Shown here: one piece after another, positions 25,226 to 37,001 of the stretch | How the letters are laid out: each line of letters begins with the position of its first letter | How positions within the stretch are numbered: the stretch's first letter is position 1 | Assembly: GCA_036785375.1 (NCBI GenBank) | Contig: JAWMAR010000391.1 | Span: 1,550,001-1,614,000 of the forward strand | Length of the DNA: 64,000 bases | Direction: 5' to 3' | DNA from: Leucoraja ocellata | Taxonomy: Eukaryota | Made by a program: the position numbers and the translations under genes | Notes under the pieces: model-generated | Told to the model about the DNA's origin: nothing | The model's input: the letters and a program-made list of their open reading frames with translations, nothing else | Database searches by the model: none

Positions 25226-25465
25226 GGAATGCATGGGGGCAAAGATCTGCATGCCTGTTGTGTATGTCAGAGTTTGACAATCTGGGATGCATGGAGGAGG
25301 TGGCTCAGTACTGCTTTGATGTGCCTGCTGAGGTGAGAAAGAATATCTAGACCAGTGTCTTTTTAACAAATGGCAAACAAAGTGCCAAAGATTGGATGAG
25401 GCCAACGAGTCAATGACCTGACTCTTAAGCACCATAGACAGACAACTGGCAACAAATTCTAACAG

Positions 25466-26715
25466 TTAGGAGGCATAGTTCATGCGAGTCTCAGCTTATC
25501 CTGACGACAAATGACCTGGCCAAGCACCTTGATAGTAACGCCATCACGGATTTAGTTGTGCTGGACTTTTCTAAAGCATTTGATGTCATCCCACACCAGA
25601 GACTGCTTCGGAAGCTTGACTTCTATGGTATTCGTTCCAACACGAAACGATGGATTTCCAGTTTCCTGACAAAACGTCTTCAGCGTGTGTGTGTGAACGG
25701 AAAGAGCTCCAATTGGCATCCAGTGTTGAGTGGTACACCACAGGGCACAGTACTTGGCCCTCACCTATTTTTGCTTTACATAAATGACATCCATGAAAAA
25801 GTCGCAAGTACGACCAGACTTTTCGCTGATGATTGTTTGCTGTACCGTCCAATTAAGTCAACTGATGATGAAGATGCTCTCCAAAAGGATCTCGATACTA
25901 TGGTTGAGTGGTCACAACAATGGGGCATGCAGTTTAACCCTTCCAAATGTGAAACTATGCGTGTCACCAGAAAGAGGAATCCAGGCAAAACATCTTACAA
26001 TATACTTGGTGCCACTCTTGAAGAATCCAAACAAACCAAGTATCTTGGCATCAAATTGCAGAATGATCTGCGTTGGAATGGTCAGACTCATCATGCAACG
26101 GTGAAAGCAACAGGTGTCCTAAACTTTCTGAGGCGCAACTTTCATCATTGTTCAACTTCTGTCAAGGAGAAGCTATACTTCACCCTCGTTAGACCTCATT
26201 TGGACTACGCAGTTGCAGCATGGGACCCATACACAAATAAAAACATTTCTTCCATCGAACGTGTCCAAAGACAGGCAGCTCGATTTGTTACTAACACCTA
26301 TGAGAGCGAAGCGAGTGTCACCAAACTTCTGAATTCTCTGGGGTGGAATCCTCTCCAAGACAGACGTGAAGCTCACCGTTTGACCTGTTTTTACAAAATG
26401 TTATATGGTCAGCTCGACATAGACTACAAGACCTACACCAAACCCAAACCAATTAGGAGCGGACGAGGGCATTCGATCCAATTTGTGATCCCAGTTACAA
26501 AGACAGATGTATACAGCAATTGGTTCTTCCCCCGCACAATTAAAGCATGGAATAATCTCCACCCAACTATAGTTACCCAACCAGATGCAACTAATTTTAA
26601 GTAGCTCTTTCTTCCCAATAACCCTTTCTGGCTTAAGCCCTCCCTTCACCACCTCCAGTTTAAATTCCATTTGGAATATTTTGGAAGACCAAGAAACCAA
26701 GAAGAAGAACCAAGA
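25466..26715 (+). mobile_element. Young 5'-truncated CR1/L2-group LINE with intact RT C-terminal ORF (stop at 26604) and (CCAAGAA)-like tail
   Basis: Open frame from RRHSSCESQLIL through LDFSKAFD, SGTPQGTVLGP, LFADD, LVRPHLDYA and FFPRTIKAWNNL; no stops or frameshifts over about 380 codons. Confidence 0.92.
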
Positions 26716-26925
26716 TGTAGGAAGAAACTACAGATGCTGGTTTATACCGAAAATAGACACAAAATGTTTGAGTAACACAACGGGTCAGGCAACGTGACTG
26801 GAGAAAATGAAAAGGTGATATTTCGAGTCTGAAGAAGGGTTCTGACCTGAAATACCACCTATTCCTTTCCTCCAGAGATGCTGCCTGACCCACTGAGGTA
26901 TCCCAGCATTTTGTGTCTATCTTTG
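26716..26925. mobile_element. Palindromic Penelope-terminus-derived element
   Basis: atagacacaaaatg...gggtcaggca pairs with tgcctgaccc...cattttgtgtctat; central gtctgaagaagggttctgacctgaaa. Confidence 0.75.
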
Positions 26926-28148
26926 GCAAAAATTACTCATGATCCACATGCCCTACTGGTTACGGTCTCTCTCCATTGAATCGTAACTCACTCCACCACT
27001 TCTCTCTCTCTCTCTTTATTCCTCCCACGCACCACTTCCCTGCCATTCTGAGATGACTAATCCTCTCTCATCCCAGGCTCTCTCCTACTCCAATATGATG
27101 GGGCCACCTTTACACCAGAGCTCTATGACACATAACTCCTTTGGCTTTTCAGTGTTTCAACCACTGTAGCAATATCTGGAAATTTTGTAGCATGTAAAAT
27201 CGTTCAATACCAAGGATATGACCAAGAATAATTTTTCAAGTTGACTGTGAATCTGAACTCCCAATTAATAACCTTCATTTTAATAACAATGTAACTGTGA
27301 CAGCAGTTCAACAGAATAATTAATTGCATGAGCAGCACTTTGGGATATTGCTCAGGCACCAGATAAGGTAATATCAAAATGGAGATTCTCTATCTTACTC
27401 TCTAGTCAAAAATGGACTTTTACATGTTCATAATGCTCATCAATTGATGCCGGGGCAGGGGATCCTGAGGAAGGATAGCAGATACAAATGACTAAACTTC
27501 CAGCATCTGCAGTTCCTTCTTGAACACTAAACTTACAGTGTCTTCTGTCTAATCACCATCAGGTTTTAAACTTCCAATGCTGATGCCAAAATTTGTTAAA
27601 AAAACGGTGAACATCAGTGCTAAATTGGTGTAAATCATTTGCTGTGGCTCTCAAAGTCCCACAAGCTTAATGTGAAATCCAATCCTTGAGCTCCTATAAA
27701 AAGGATATTTTATTTGCACGTCAGAATCACTCCTAAGGTTCTTCTGTACAACATTGCAAGAAGATAACCAAAACAGACTGTTTTCGGTTATGATGATGAG
27801 GGAAACTGTAAAGAAAACTCTTTTCAAATCAGGCTCTTTTTGAATCAAAGTCCTTTTGTATAATTACCATTTTTGGATCCATTGCTGATTAATAATGATT
27901 TAATATCAATTATCTACAATAATCTAAGAATTGCATTTTATAATTTTTCATTTAAATATGAAACCCAGTTATGAAACTGCCCATTGGCTACTCTAGATAA
28001 GACTTGCTGAATTCAATTTCCCATATTAACTTTGAAATAACCATAAAAACAGGGGAACTTGTGGCCTCACCTTCCCAGTTGTTTTAGAAAGAAGCTTCAA
28101 TTTAGCTCCACTCCTGTCTTTAATCCACAGTTCCATCAATTGCCTTGG

Positions 28149-28671
28149 GCAAGAGATGGTGAATGGTATTACTGACATTGAATACTCCACCATAAGGTGG
28201 TTACTGTTGTGCAGAAGCTACATAAATACTGTATCTCCAAACAAGTCAAACATTGGATATCCCATGCACACTCATCTTAAATCACCCAAAGCCTTTCTAC
28301 CACAAGTCATAAGTGTGCAATCTCTCTAGCAGGCAAAAGGATGTCCAGAAAATGGGATTATTTTCGAAAGTGTCACAGTGGGCGTTCAAGGCATGAATGT
28401 GCTTGTTAGAGTGAAGTGGAAGGGGATTAATCACCCACAACACATTACAACATTAATCCCTGCCCCTTCTGACACCTTCCCCACAGCTAACCATTTCCTG
28501 ACTGTTCCACTGAGGTAGAAACATCACCCCATCATCCCCCGGCCTCTCAACCTCATGACAACCCCAAACCACATTATCTTTTCCCCCCAAATCAGGTCTG
28601 ATCCAAGAACATTTCCTCTTGATCCTCGATGGACTTCTTACTATACATGCACATTTGGGTTCTTCACAGAT

Positions 28672-28721
<50 letters not shown>

Positions 28722-29677
28722 ATATATACATGTATATTGAGAGAGAGGGAGAGAGCGAGAGCGAGAGCGAGATAGAGAGGGAGCGAGAGAGAAAGAGAGA
28801 GAAGCTGAAAACAAAAAAAATGTCATTTGGAAGCAATAAACCAAAGGAACCCTGTATCTGAGCTTTGAAAAGCAGGTCACATCCCTCGAGGGAAACAACA
28901 CCAGCTTTGCAAGAGGGGCTTTGTTAATGTACAGCGATAGACTGGTTAATCTTTAAATAATAAAATGCATAACAAGAGATCGTGACCTCGAGAATTATTA
29001 CTTTGAAAGCTTCTCATACACAATACTTTGGTATTCCTCATTAAATAATAAAAGGTTGATGAACAGCACTGAACAAATGGAGAAGACACCAAAACAACAA
29101 ATAATCAGAAAATATGGTCCCATATAGAAATGCAGAGAGGCAGGTCTTCCCATGGGGTAATAAAGAATGGCTGAGATCTAATATATGAAGGGTGGGTCAT
29201 TCATGTTAGCTAAAGAGAAATGACATTTCCTGTCATTTCAAGTCAAGTCGAGTTTATTATGCGCACAAGCACGGAGAGGTACAGGTACAATGAACATTTT
29301 GCTTGAAGCAGCATCACAGGCACATTGACTCAGACACATAAAACATAAATTATACATTTTATTGAAATATATGGAAAATTTGCACACACTAAAATCTTTT
29401 TTGAAACTTGTATCCACGCATCAGTTATGGAATATAATTTTAGTGCTACATTTGTAAGTTATTTTACTATTTTATTTTAAATATATATATTTTAGGGTGT
29501 AGTCATTGCACACTTATGACTTGTGGTAGAAAGGCTTTGGGTGATTTAAGATGAGTGTGCATGGGATATCCAATGTTTGACTTGTTTGGAGATACAGTAT
29601 TTATGTAGCTTCTGCACAACAGTAACCACCTTATGGTGGAGTATTCAATGTCAGTAATACCATTCACCGTCTCTTGC
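28149..29677. repeat. 173-bp near-perfect inverted repeat (arms 28149-28321 and 29505-29677)
   Basis: Arms read by eye as reverse complements with one mismatch (agagatggt vs agagacggt). Confidence 0.92.
28676..28802. repeat. Compound microsatellite: (AT)n then (GA/GC)n
   Basis: About 22 AT units followed by a gagagaggga...gagagaga tract. Confidence 0.95.
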
Positions 29678-30200
29678 TGGAGATGGTTAGTATGTAGCGT
29701 GAATATTACTTGCCATTTATCAGCCCGGGATTGTTGTCCAGATCATTAACATACAGTCATGAACTGTTCGATTTGCTGAGAAGTTGCAAATGGAACTGAA
29801 AATTGTACATCCATCCCATATCCAAATTTATTTTAGAGGGAACTAACTTATGAAATAGATGCGGCCAGTTTGACCTGGGACACTGAACTGAGGAACTCCT
29901 GCAGTCACATCCGGGAAGTCCAGTGTTTGCCCCCTTATTGCCTATTGTTTTCAGTTTGACCAGAGCTCCATGGTATCACACTTAGTCCGATCCTGCCTCT
30001 GATACTGCACAACCACTTACAACTCCATCCCTGGAATTCAATTCTTTAGTCCATGTTTGGACCAAGACAATGATGAGGTCTGGAGCTGAATCGGTAAAAC
30101 GCAAACTGGGCATTTGTGACAAAGGACTGATAGCACTGTTGAGATCACATTCCATCACTTTGCCAATGGCTGCAATTACTGTACATTGTTTGGGCAGGTC
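29505..30200 (-). mobile_element. Old L2/CR1-group LINE RT fragment
   Basis: SAPDLIIVLVQTWTKELNSR (ORF 29982..30284), then degraded GVPQ/SVLG-like sequence near 29880-29900. Confidence 0.6.
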
Positions 30201-31689
30201 CTGCTTTCTATTACATTTTTGTGTAGATCGCTTTGTTCTCAGCTTGGCTATAGATTCAGTTAGTGCTGACAGTGCAGCTTTCAATACTGAAGCTTGTTTG
30301 CATCTAGCCCATAGCCTTTAGTGTATCCATGATAATATGATTTTTGGGAGGTTAAGGGCTGAGATCATAATGTGAATGTGGAGCAGATATTAATTTATTA
30401 AATGTAGTTAAATGATGGTTTTCTGGCCAAATTATGCTGTACATTTATTTGCATTTGTTTTATTTAGTGAGGATAATATTACAAAAACAAAATTCATGAC
30501 GAGTTTGTTGACTTAGGTTTTCTTCCAGCGTGTTGTATTAATTACTTTTCTTTTCAAAAATATCAAAGTGCAACATTTGTTCTTGAACAGTCAATGCATG
30601 GAGATTTAGGAATAAATAACAAATATCTCACAGAGCAAGTTATAACATCCGCGACTGCTCTCAGTAAATTATTAAACAATCCAACATTCCAAGTATGGTG
30701 TCGACCCTTAAACTTTGCTCAAATTCCTGCAGTTGTTCTCAAAATTCATCCGTGCATCTGAGTAAATATTCCAGCACTTTGCCTGAGGTATTAAAAGTGT
30801 CTTTAGTGCACAGTATAGAAGATTCAATAAATTATTCAGTTTCAAAAATAGATATTATATTCCCATTCCATCTGTTGTTTGCCATCAGTCTTCTACAGGA
30901 CCTTTCTTAAATTAATTTGTGCACAATGCATCGTGGTACATCATAAATTATAGATAAAATATAGGATTATTCATGACATTACTCTGAAGGAAGAACAATT
31001 TGAGGCAGGGAGGAGGAGGGTTGGGATTTCACGGTCGTATAATGTAACATGCTGAAAGCCAGAGACATCCATTGTCTAAAGAAGTAATGAATTCCAAAAT
31101 GCTTCATGGTGTTAGAATGTGGAAACCTAGTGATTTTCAGGATATAATGCAAGTGGCAATAATTCGACTTTGGTCATTAGTGCTTAACATGTGCAAAAGT
31201 GATGCTCACAGATTCTACTCATCCCCAACTATCTAATTATATTGACTTCAGCAGGTCCAAACGTCGAGAAACTGAATACAACTATCAAATGATCAACTCG
31301 TGTGCCTTCAGTGCAAGAGATAAGGCCAATAACAGAGAGGGCAGGAGCATCTTGAAGGGACAATGTCAAACAGACAGAGGTGTGGCAAATTGTGCCGACA
31401 GGTAAAAAAAAGTGAGAATACCAGACAGCATGTCATCAGCAAAGACCAACCGCACCCACTGACATTATTAGATGAAGACTGAGGATAGAAATTGCAGTGT
31501 TAGATGCATTTGGTGTTAAATGTCAAAAATCAACCAACTGCATTGGGATTTCTTTTTCTGACAGAGTTTCCATTTGAATAGAAACCAACTAATTAGTGGA
31601 AATAGAAAAAAAGTGCTGGTGCAGGAAATCTGAAATAAAAACAAAAATTGCTGGAAACACTCAGGAAATCCCCCTCCCCCAAGCCAATA

Positions 31690-32170
31690 GAGTTTCCAAT
31701 TGGCTATCTCAACCTGGGTCTCATGTGATCAAACCTCTGGCCCGGTACCATGCGGGACTATGTCAAAGGACTTGTTAGAGTCCATGCAACATCGTCTACC
31801 ACCCTTCCCTCATCAATCCTCTTGGTCACCTCTTCAAAAAACTCAATCACATTAATATGACACAATTTCCCATGAATTTCCCATGCTGACTATACATCAT
31901 CAGTCCTTGTCTTTCCAGATGATGATAGATCCTGTTTCTCAGAATCCCCTCCAGTAACCTTTCCACCACTGATTTAGGCTGATTGAGGTCTTAAGTTCTC
32001 TGCCTTGCTCTTGTTGCCCTTTTTCAATAAAGTTATAACATTAGACACACTCCAGTCTTCCTGTAGGTCACCTGTGGCGAAGGAAAATCACTAAACTCTG
32101 CCAATGCCCTAGCAGTCTCCTTGCTTGCTTTCCATGCATCTTAGGATATACTCAAGATAATCCACCTTTG
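31690..32170 (-). mobile_element. Degraded CR1 RT fragment
   Basis: catcaatcctcttggtcacctcttcaaaaaactcaatc reads (minus) LIEFFEEVTKRID, a CR1 RT motif. Confidence 0.65.
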
Positions 32171-34029
32171 AAACACATTCTACATCTTTGTCTGTGCAAT
32201 GTTTTGGTGACAGCAGGGCTGTGGGACATGCCAAGCCGGCCAAACTGCACTGATGGAGAGAAAACAACCGAGATGGCTAGCAGAAACAGCCAATTCTGAT
32301 ACAGACAGAAAGAAAGAGTGAGTTATCCAACGTTTTTAGAATTTGATATATATTCCAGGAGACTGCGACAGCCCAGATGGGGGATGAGTTGTTGTGCCTT
32401 GATCTTGTGTGGAGCGCTGTTGTTACAGTGCAGGAGGCTACAGACAGAAAGGTTAGAGGTGGAGTAGGATAGAGTACTAAAACAGTACGTAACTGGAAGC
32501 TGAAGACAGAGGATTTCTGGAATGCAGATGCTCCACAAAGCAATCATCCAGTCCACATTTGCTTTCTCCATTGTTAACACTGAATGTAGACACTAGATTG
32601 GAAGAATTGGAAATAAAAATAAACTGGAAATAAACTTCACCCGGACAGACTATTTGGTTCCTACAGTGGGAAGTGAACAAGTTGGAAATGCTGCTGTTAG
32701 CATCAGATAATAGACAGAGAAGCACAATGTCGCTAAGTGCCACATTAACCCAGTTTGATCTCATCCTATAGAAGGTATTCCTTTTCTTCTACCTATCCCT
32801 CCACATCTTTTCTGCTATTAAAAATAAACTTGCTTTCCCTTTTTCCCAGATCCGGTATAGGGTCTCGGACTGGGAACGCTGACTGGTTTATTTCCAAGAT
32901 GCTGTCTGGCTGCTGAGTGTTTCCAGCATTTACTGTTTTCATTTTAGCTAACCAGTTGGCTCATCCAGTATTGAGAATAGCACCAGACCAAGCTATTTGT
33001 GCTGCATAAAAAATAGTAACCTCGCCATTAAAGTGGGACAATGAGAATAATCAATTACTACAAAGAATGGCCAACTGCGCTTAATATCTTTACATAATTT
33101 AAAGATTGCAGCCAGTTCATTCTGAATGTATATGTTCTTATCGTCTAAAAAGCAATTGTTTCACCAATATTCACCAACAGTTTTAGAGCTCAAATGAAGA
33201 ATACTTGGATGATATTCTGAATGAACAGAGGGCTTTGTTTGAGGGAAGCTTGAAGTCCTCAATCCCATCAGTTTACTGCAACACTGCCGAATATTGATTT
33301 TGATGACTTCACATCAGTAATTACACCTATGATGCATTGGTCAGCTTGCCATTCTTTTACTTTTACAAGCCTCAGCTGATATCCCCTTTTGGGTATTAGA
33401 AATTAATTACATGGCAGAAGCTAATTAAAATTAGAGAGCAGCTTTCATTAAATAGGAATGCAGTTTCTGACAACTATCTCCTTGGTCTCCATCAGTGCTA
33501 CAAAATTGTGCTTAGACAGTTTCAATTAACTGCAGTGTGATTCTCTGGAGCTAACCCTTCCCTCATTCAGCTAAACAACATTACTTGTTGGAAGCAGTTG
33601 CTGAGATGGACTGAAACAGCACTTTTGTGTAGCATGGTGCATTATTAAATAATTGGCTGAATCTTTTATGATAAAACTACTGAATCATGTTATAAATTGG
33701 ATGATATATTTACCAAACCTAATGCTGAGAATAAATGCAGGAAGAACAGCCAGGTAACAAAACATATTGATGAAGACATAGCAGTGGATTTGATGAACAT
33801 TGATTTTACTAAAACCTTTGACTGATTCAAAAGGTTAGGCCCCATGGGAGCCTGGAGAAGTACAAAAGCTGCATCCAAAGTTGGCATAGCAATAGGAGAC
33901 AGGGTGATGGTAGAGGATTGTCATTGATGCCCGTGACTAATGGTGTCCCACAAGGACCAGTGTTGGGACACCAGTTGCTTATAATATACATAAATGATCT
34001 AGATGGGATGTAGGAGGCAAGATCAGTAA

Positions 34030-34238
34030 AGGGCCTGTCCCACTTCCGCGTCATTTGCGTGCCATTTACACAACATCATTTACGCCTCATGACGCGCACG
34101 TGATGTGCGCATGGTGCGCATTACGCACGCATGGTGTATGGTGACGTAGGCAGTGACGCTGCTCCCCAGCATTTGGGATGTACAAAATCTTTGCACGCCA
34201 TCTGCGTGATGTGCAAATGACGCCCAAGTGGGACAGGC
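34030..34238. mobile_element. MITE with terminal inverted repeats (PIF/Harbinger-like)
   Basis: (taa)agggcctgtcccacttccgcgtcatttgc pairs with gcaaatgacgcccaagtgggacaggc; CpG-rich interior. Confidence 0.75.
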
Positions 34239-34352
34239 AAATGACATGGGATTGGCAGAGTTGTTGACAGTGGGAAAAGGCCATCTTATGCTGCAGGGAG
34301 ATATTGATTTGTTGGTGAAATTGGTTTAAAAACTGGCAGATGAAATTTAATA

Positions 34353-34462
34353 TGAGAGGTCTGAAGAAGGGTTTCGGCCCGAAACGTTGCCTATTTCCTT
34401 CGCTCCATAGATGCTGCTGCACCCGCTGAGTTTCTCCAGCTTTTTTGTGTAACCTGAGAGGT
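34353..34462 (+). mobile_element. Penelope terminal fragment with 8-bp TSD and hammerhead-like core
   Basis: TSD tgagaggt at 34353-34360 and 34455-34462; ctgaaga-a-ggg-tttcgg-ccc-gaaa-cgtt. Confidence 0.8.
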
Positions 34463-36601
34463 TATGCAGTTTGGCAGCATTGATTAAGCCAAAACATTCA
34501 TCATGAATGGTACGGTCCTAGGGAGTATTGAATACGAGAGATCCTGGAGTAACATGTCCATAGATCCATGAAAGTGGGAACACACATAGACATCATGGTT
34601 AGAAAGGTACACTGGCCTTCATTAAATAGGGCACTGAATGCAGAAGTCAGGAGGTTGTGCTTCAACATAATAAAACATTGGTCAGACCTCAGCTGTAGTA
34701 CAGTTCTGGTTACCATGCTTCATGACATGTGTATTCAGCACCAGAGAGGGTGCAGGGATGACTCACCAAAATGTTGCTTGAGATGGAACAGTTCAGTTAT
34801 GAAGCGAGACTGGAGAGGCTAGGACTATTTTTTCCCCTGAGCAGAGGAGGTTAAGAGGGGACATGATTGAGATATGTAAAATTACAAAGGACTTTCCTCC
34901 TTATCAAAGATATACAAACCTGGAAGATATAGATTTAGGGTACAGGGTAAGAGATGTAGAGGAAACATGAAGTGAAATTTCTTCACCCAACGAATGGTGA
35001 GCACCTGGAATGCTCTGCCAGAGAGGGTGGTGAAAGCAAAGTCACTTCTTTAAGAATTGTCCAGATGATCACGAGTCGCTAAGGACTAAGAGCTATGGAC
35101 CAAATGCTGGTCGATGGGATTAATACAGATGCCTGCTCTTTGGTCAGTATGGCTGACTCAGATTGAATGGTCTGTTTCTATGGAGTTTGATCCAATGGCC
35201 CCAAGTATGAAAACAGTAGCAAATTAATGATAACGGTCCAGTTAGTTCGCCATTGTTGAGAGCATCTGTTGAATTAAAAATTATCCAATTACGATCCAGA
35301 TTGAATCTAAATTAAAAAATTTAATAAAATAACGTCGTAGATCAGCAGCAGGATTTTTTTTTAAATCCAGCAAAAAGTAGATTTGTAAAGGAAATACATT
35401 GACTTCAATGTTATAGAGAAATAAACTGAAGAAGCATTTAAGTTAAAGAAGAGAGGTAAAAGCAGAACCAGGCTCCATAAACAAGCTGATATGATAAACC
35501 ATATTTCCCACCAATTCTCAATTCCAGTGCCATCACAGTACTTACCAAGATGGAGATAAGTCACAATAGATGACCGTGGCCAGCATTAATGTTGCTTCCC
35601 CGTGAACTTGCCCCCTACTCACTCACACATCATGAGACGGATGCTGAATTTCTGTTACCTTCTGCTCATCTCTGGCGGCAATCCTACACTCCATTCTTCA
35701 TTAAAGTTGCTTACATAATTACCATGGCATTTACAATACCCATCCCAACTTTTAAATGTTGTTCACTGTTAAGGTAGTGTTTCCACGGGCTATAATTCTT
35801 CAATGCTGGCATTCCTCCCGCTGCTTAAGTTCCTCTCACTCTACATTAGGTTACACTAAACCTGTTTCCTTTACACAGATTCCCACAGATCTTCCAGTAT
35901 CCTGCCTACCAAACTCTCCTGCCGCCCAGCCTGTGAGCTTGAAATTCTTGGTCCATCCTTCAAACTCCTTCAAATACTTTTTCTGCTGTAGTTCCAAGTA
36001 TTATATTCCCCAGTGCATGCTCTGATCTGATTCTGACCTTGTGCATCATTTCCATCCCCTTTGCTCCCTCTTTCAGTCTCTTCAGTCTCTGAACCTTCCC
36101 CTGCAGAATTCACTTCCGTACACTCTCATGCTGTGCTTTGAAAATCCTTTTCAAACCTACCCTTTCTACGATAAGGTACATCCACCCATCCTACTGTCCA
36201 AACCATAGCTCCTTGGTTCCTTTGTTTTGATTTAATCTACCACTTGAAAGATTTTGGATCTTTTATTGTATTGAAGGAATTATACAACAGCAACTTTTGA
36301 TGTTCTAGTACTGAGAATAAAGAACATAAAAGAGCATATAATGGCCCACAAATGAGTAGAGAATACCAACTCAAGCTTTCACATTTCACAGGTTTGATGG
36401 GCTAAATTATATTCTTCCAAAATAAGATGTTTATTTTAGTGGCATAAATCTATCAGCTGTGATGGAAAGTACAACTGTAGGTTTGTTGGAGCAAACAAAT
36501 TAGTAAAGGAACGCAATGGGCAGAGTAGTATCCATGGGGAGGAAAGGAAATATTGACGTTTCGAGTTGAAACACTGCATCAGGTCTGAGCGTGGAGAGAT
36601 G

Positions 36602-37001
36602 TTCATCTTAGGATGATCTCCCTGTGGCTCAGCACTTCAACTTCCCCTCCCATTCCGAATCCGACCTTTCTGTCCTGGGCCTCCTCCATTGTCAGAGTGA
36701 GCACCACCGGAAACTGGAGAAGCAGCACCTCATATTCCGCTTGGGCAGTCTGCATCCCGGTGGCCTGAACATTGACTTCTCCAATTTCCGGTAGCCCTTG
36801 CTGTCTCCTCCTCTTTTCAGCTCTCCCTCAGCCCTCTGGCTCCTCCTCTTCCTTTCTTCTTCCCGCCTCCCCCCCCCCCCCCAACCTGCAACCGTCTGGA
36901 GAAGGGTTTCAGCCCAAAACTTTGCCTATTTCCTTCGCTCCATAGATGCTGCCGTACCCGTTGAGATTCTCCAGCAAGTTTGACTACCTTCATCTTCGGA
37001 T
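36602..37001 (+). mobile_element. 5'-truncated Penelope (GIY-YIG C-terminal half plus terminus) with 13-bp TSD
   Basis: DLPVAQHFNFPSHSESDLSVLGLL...KLEKQHLIFRLGSLHP; TSD ttcatcttaggat / ttcatcttcggat. Confidence 0.85.

Larger units (their letters stand above)
33740..35190 (+). mobile_element. Degraded CR1 RT plus 3' end, interrupted by a MITE and a Penelope terminus
   Basis: AVDLMNIDFTKTFD and VTNGVPQGPVLG...YINDL motifs; CR1 tail near 35090-35190. Confidence 0.75.

Noticed and set aside
28555-28901. ORFs with YIYIYI and ERERE runs
   Set aside because: Translation artefacts of the (AT)n/(GA)n microsatellite.
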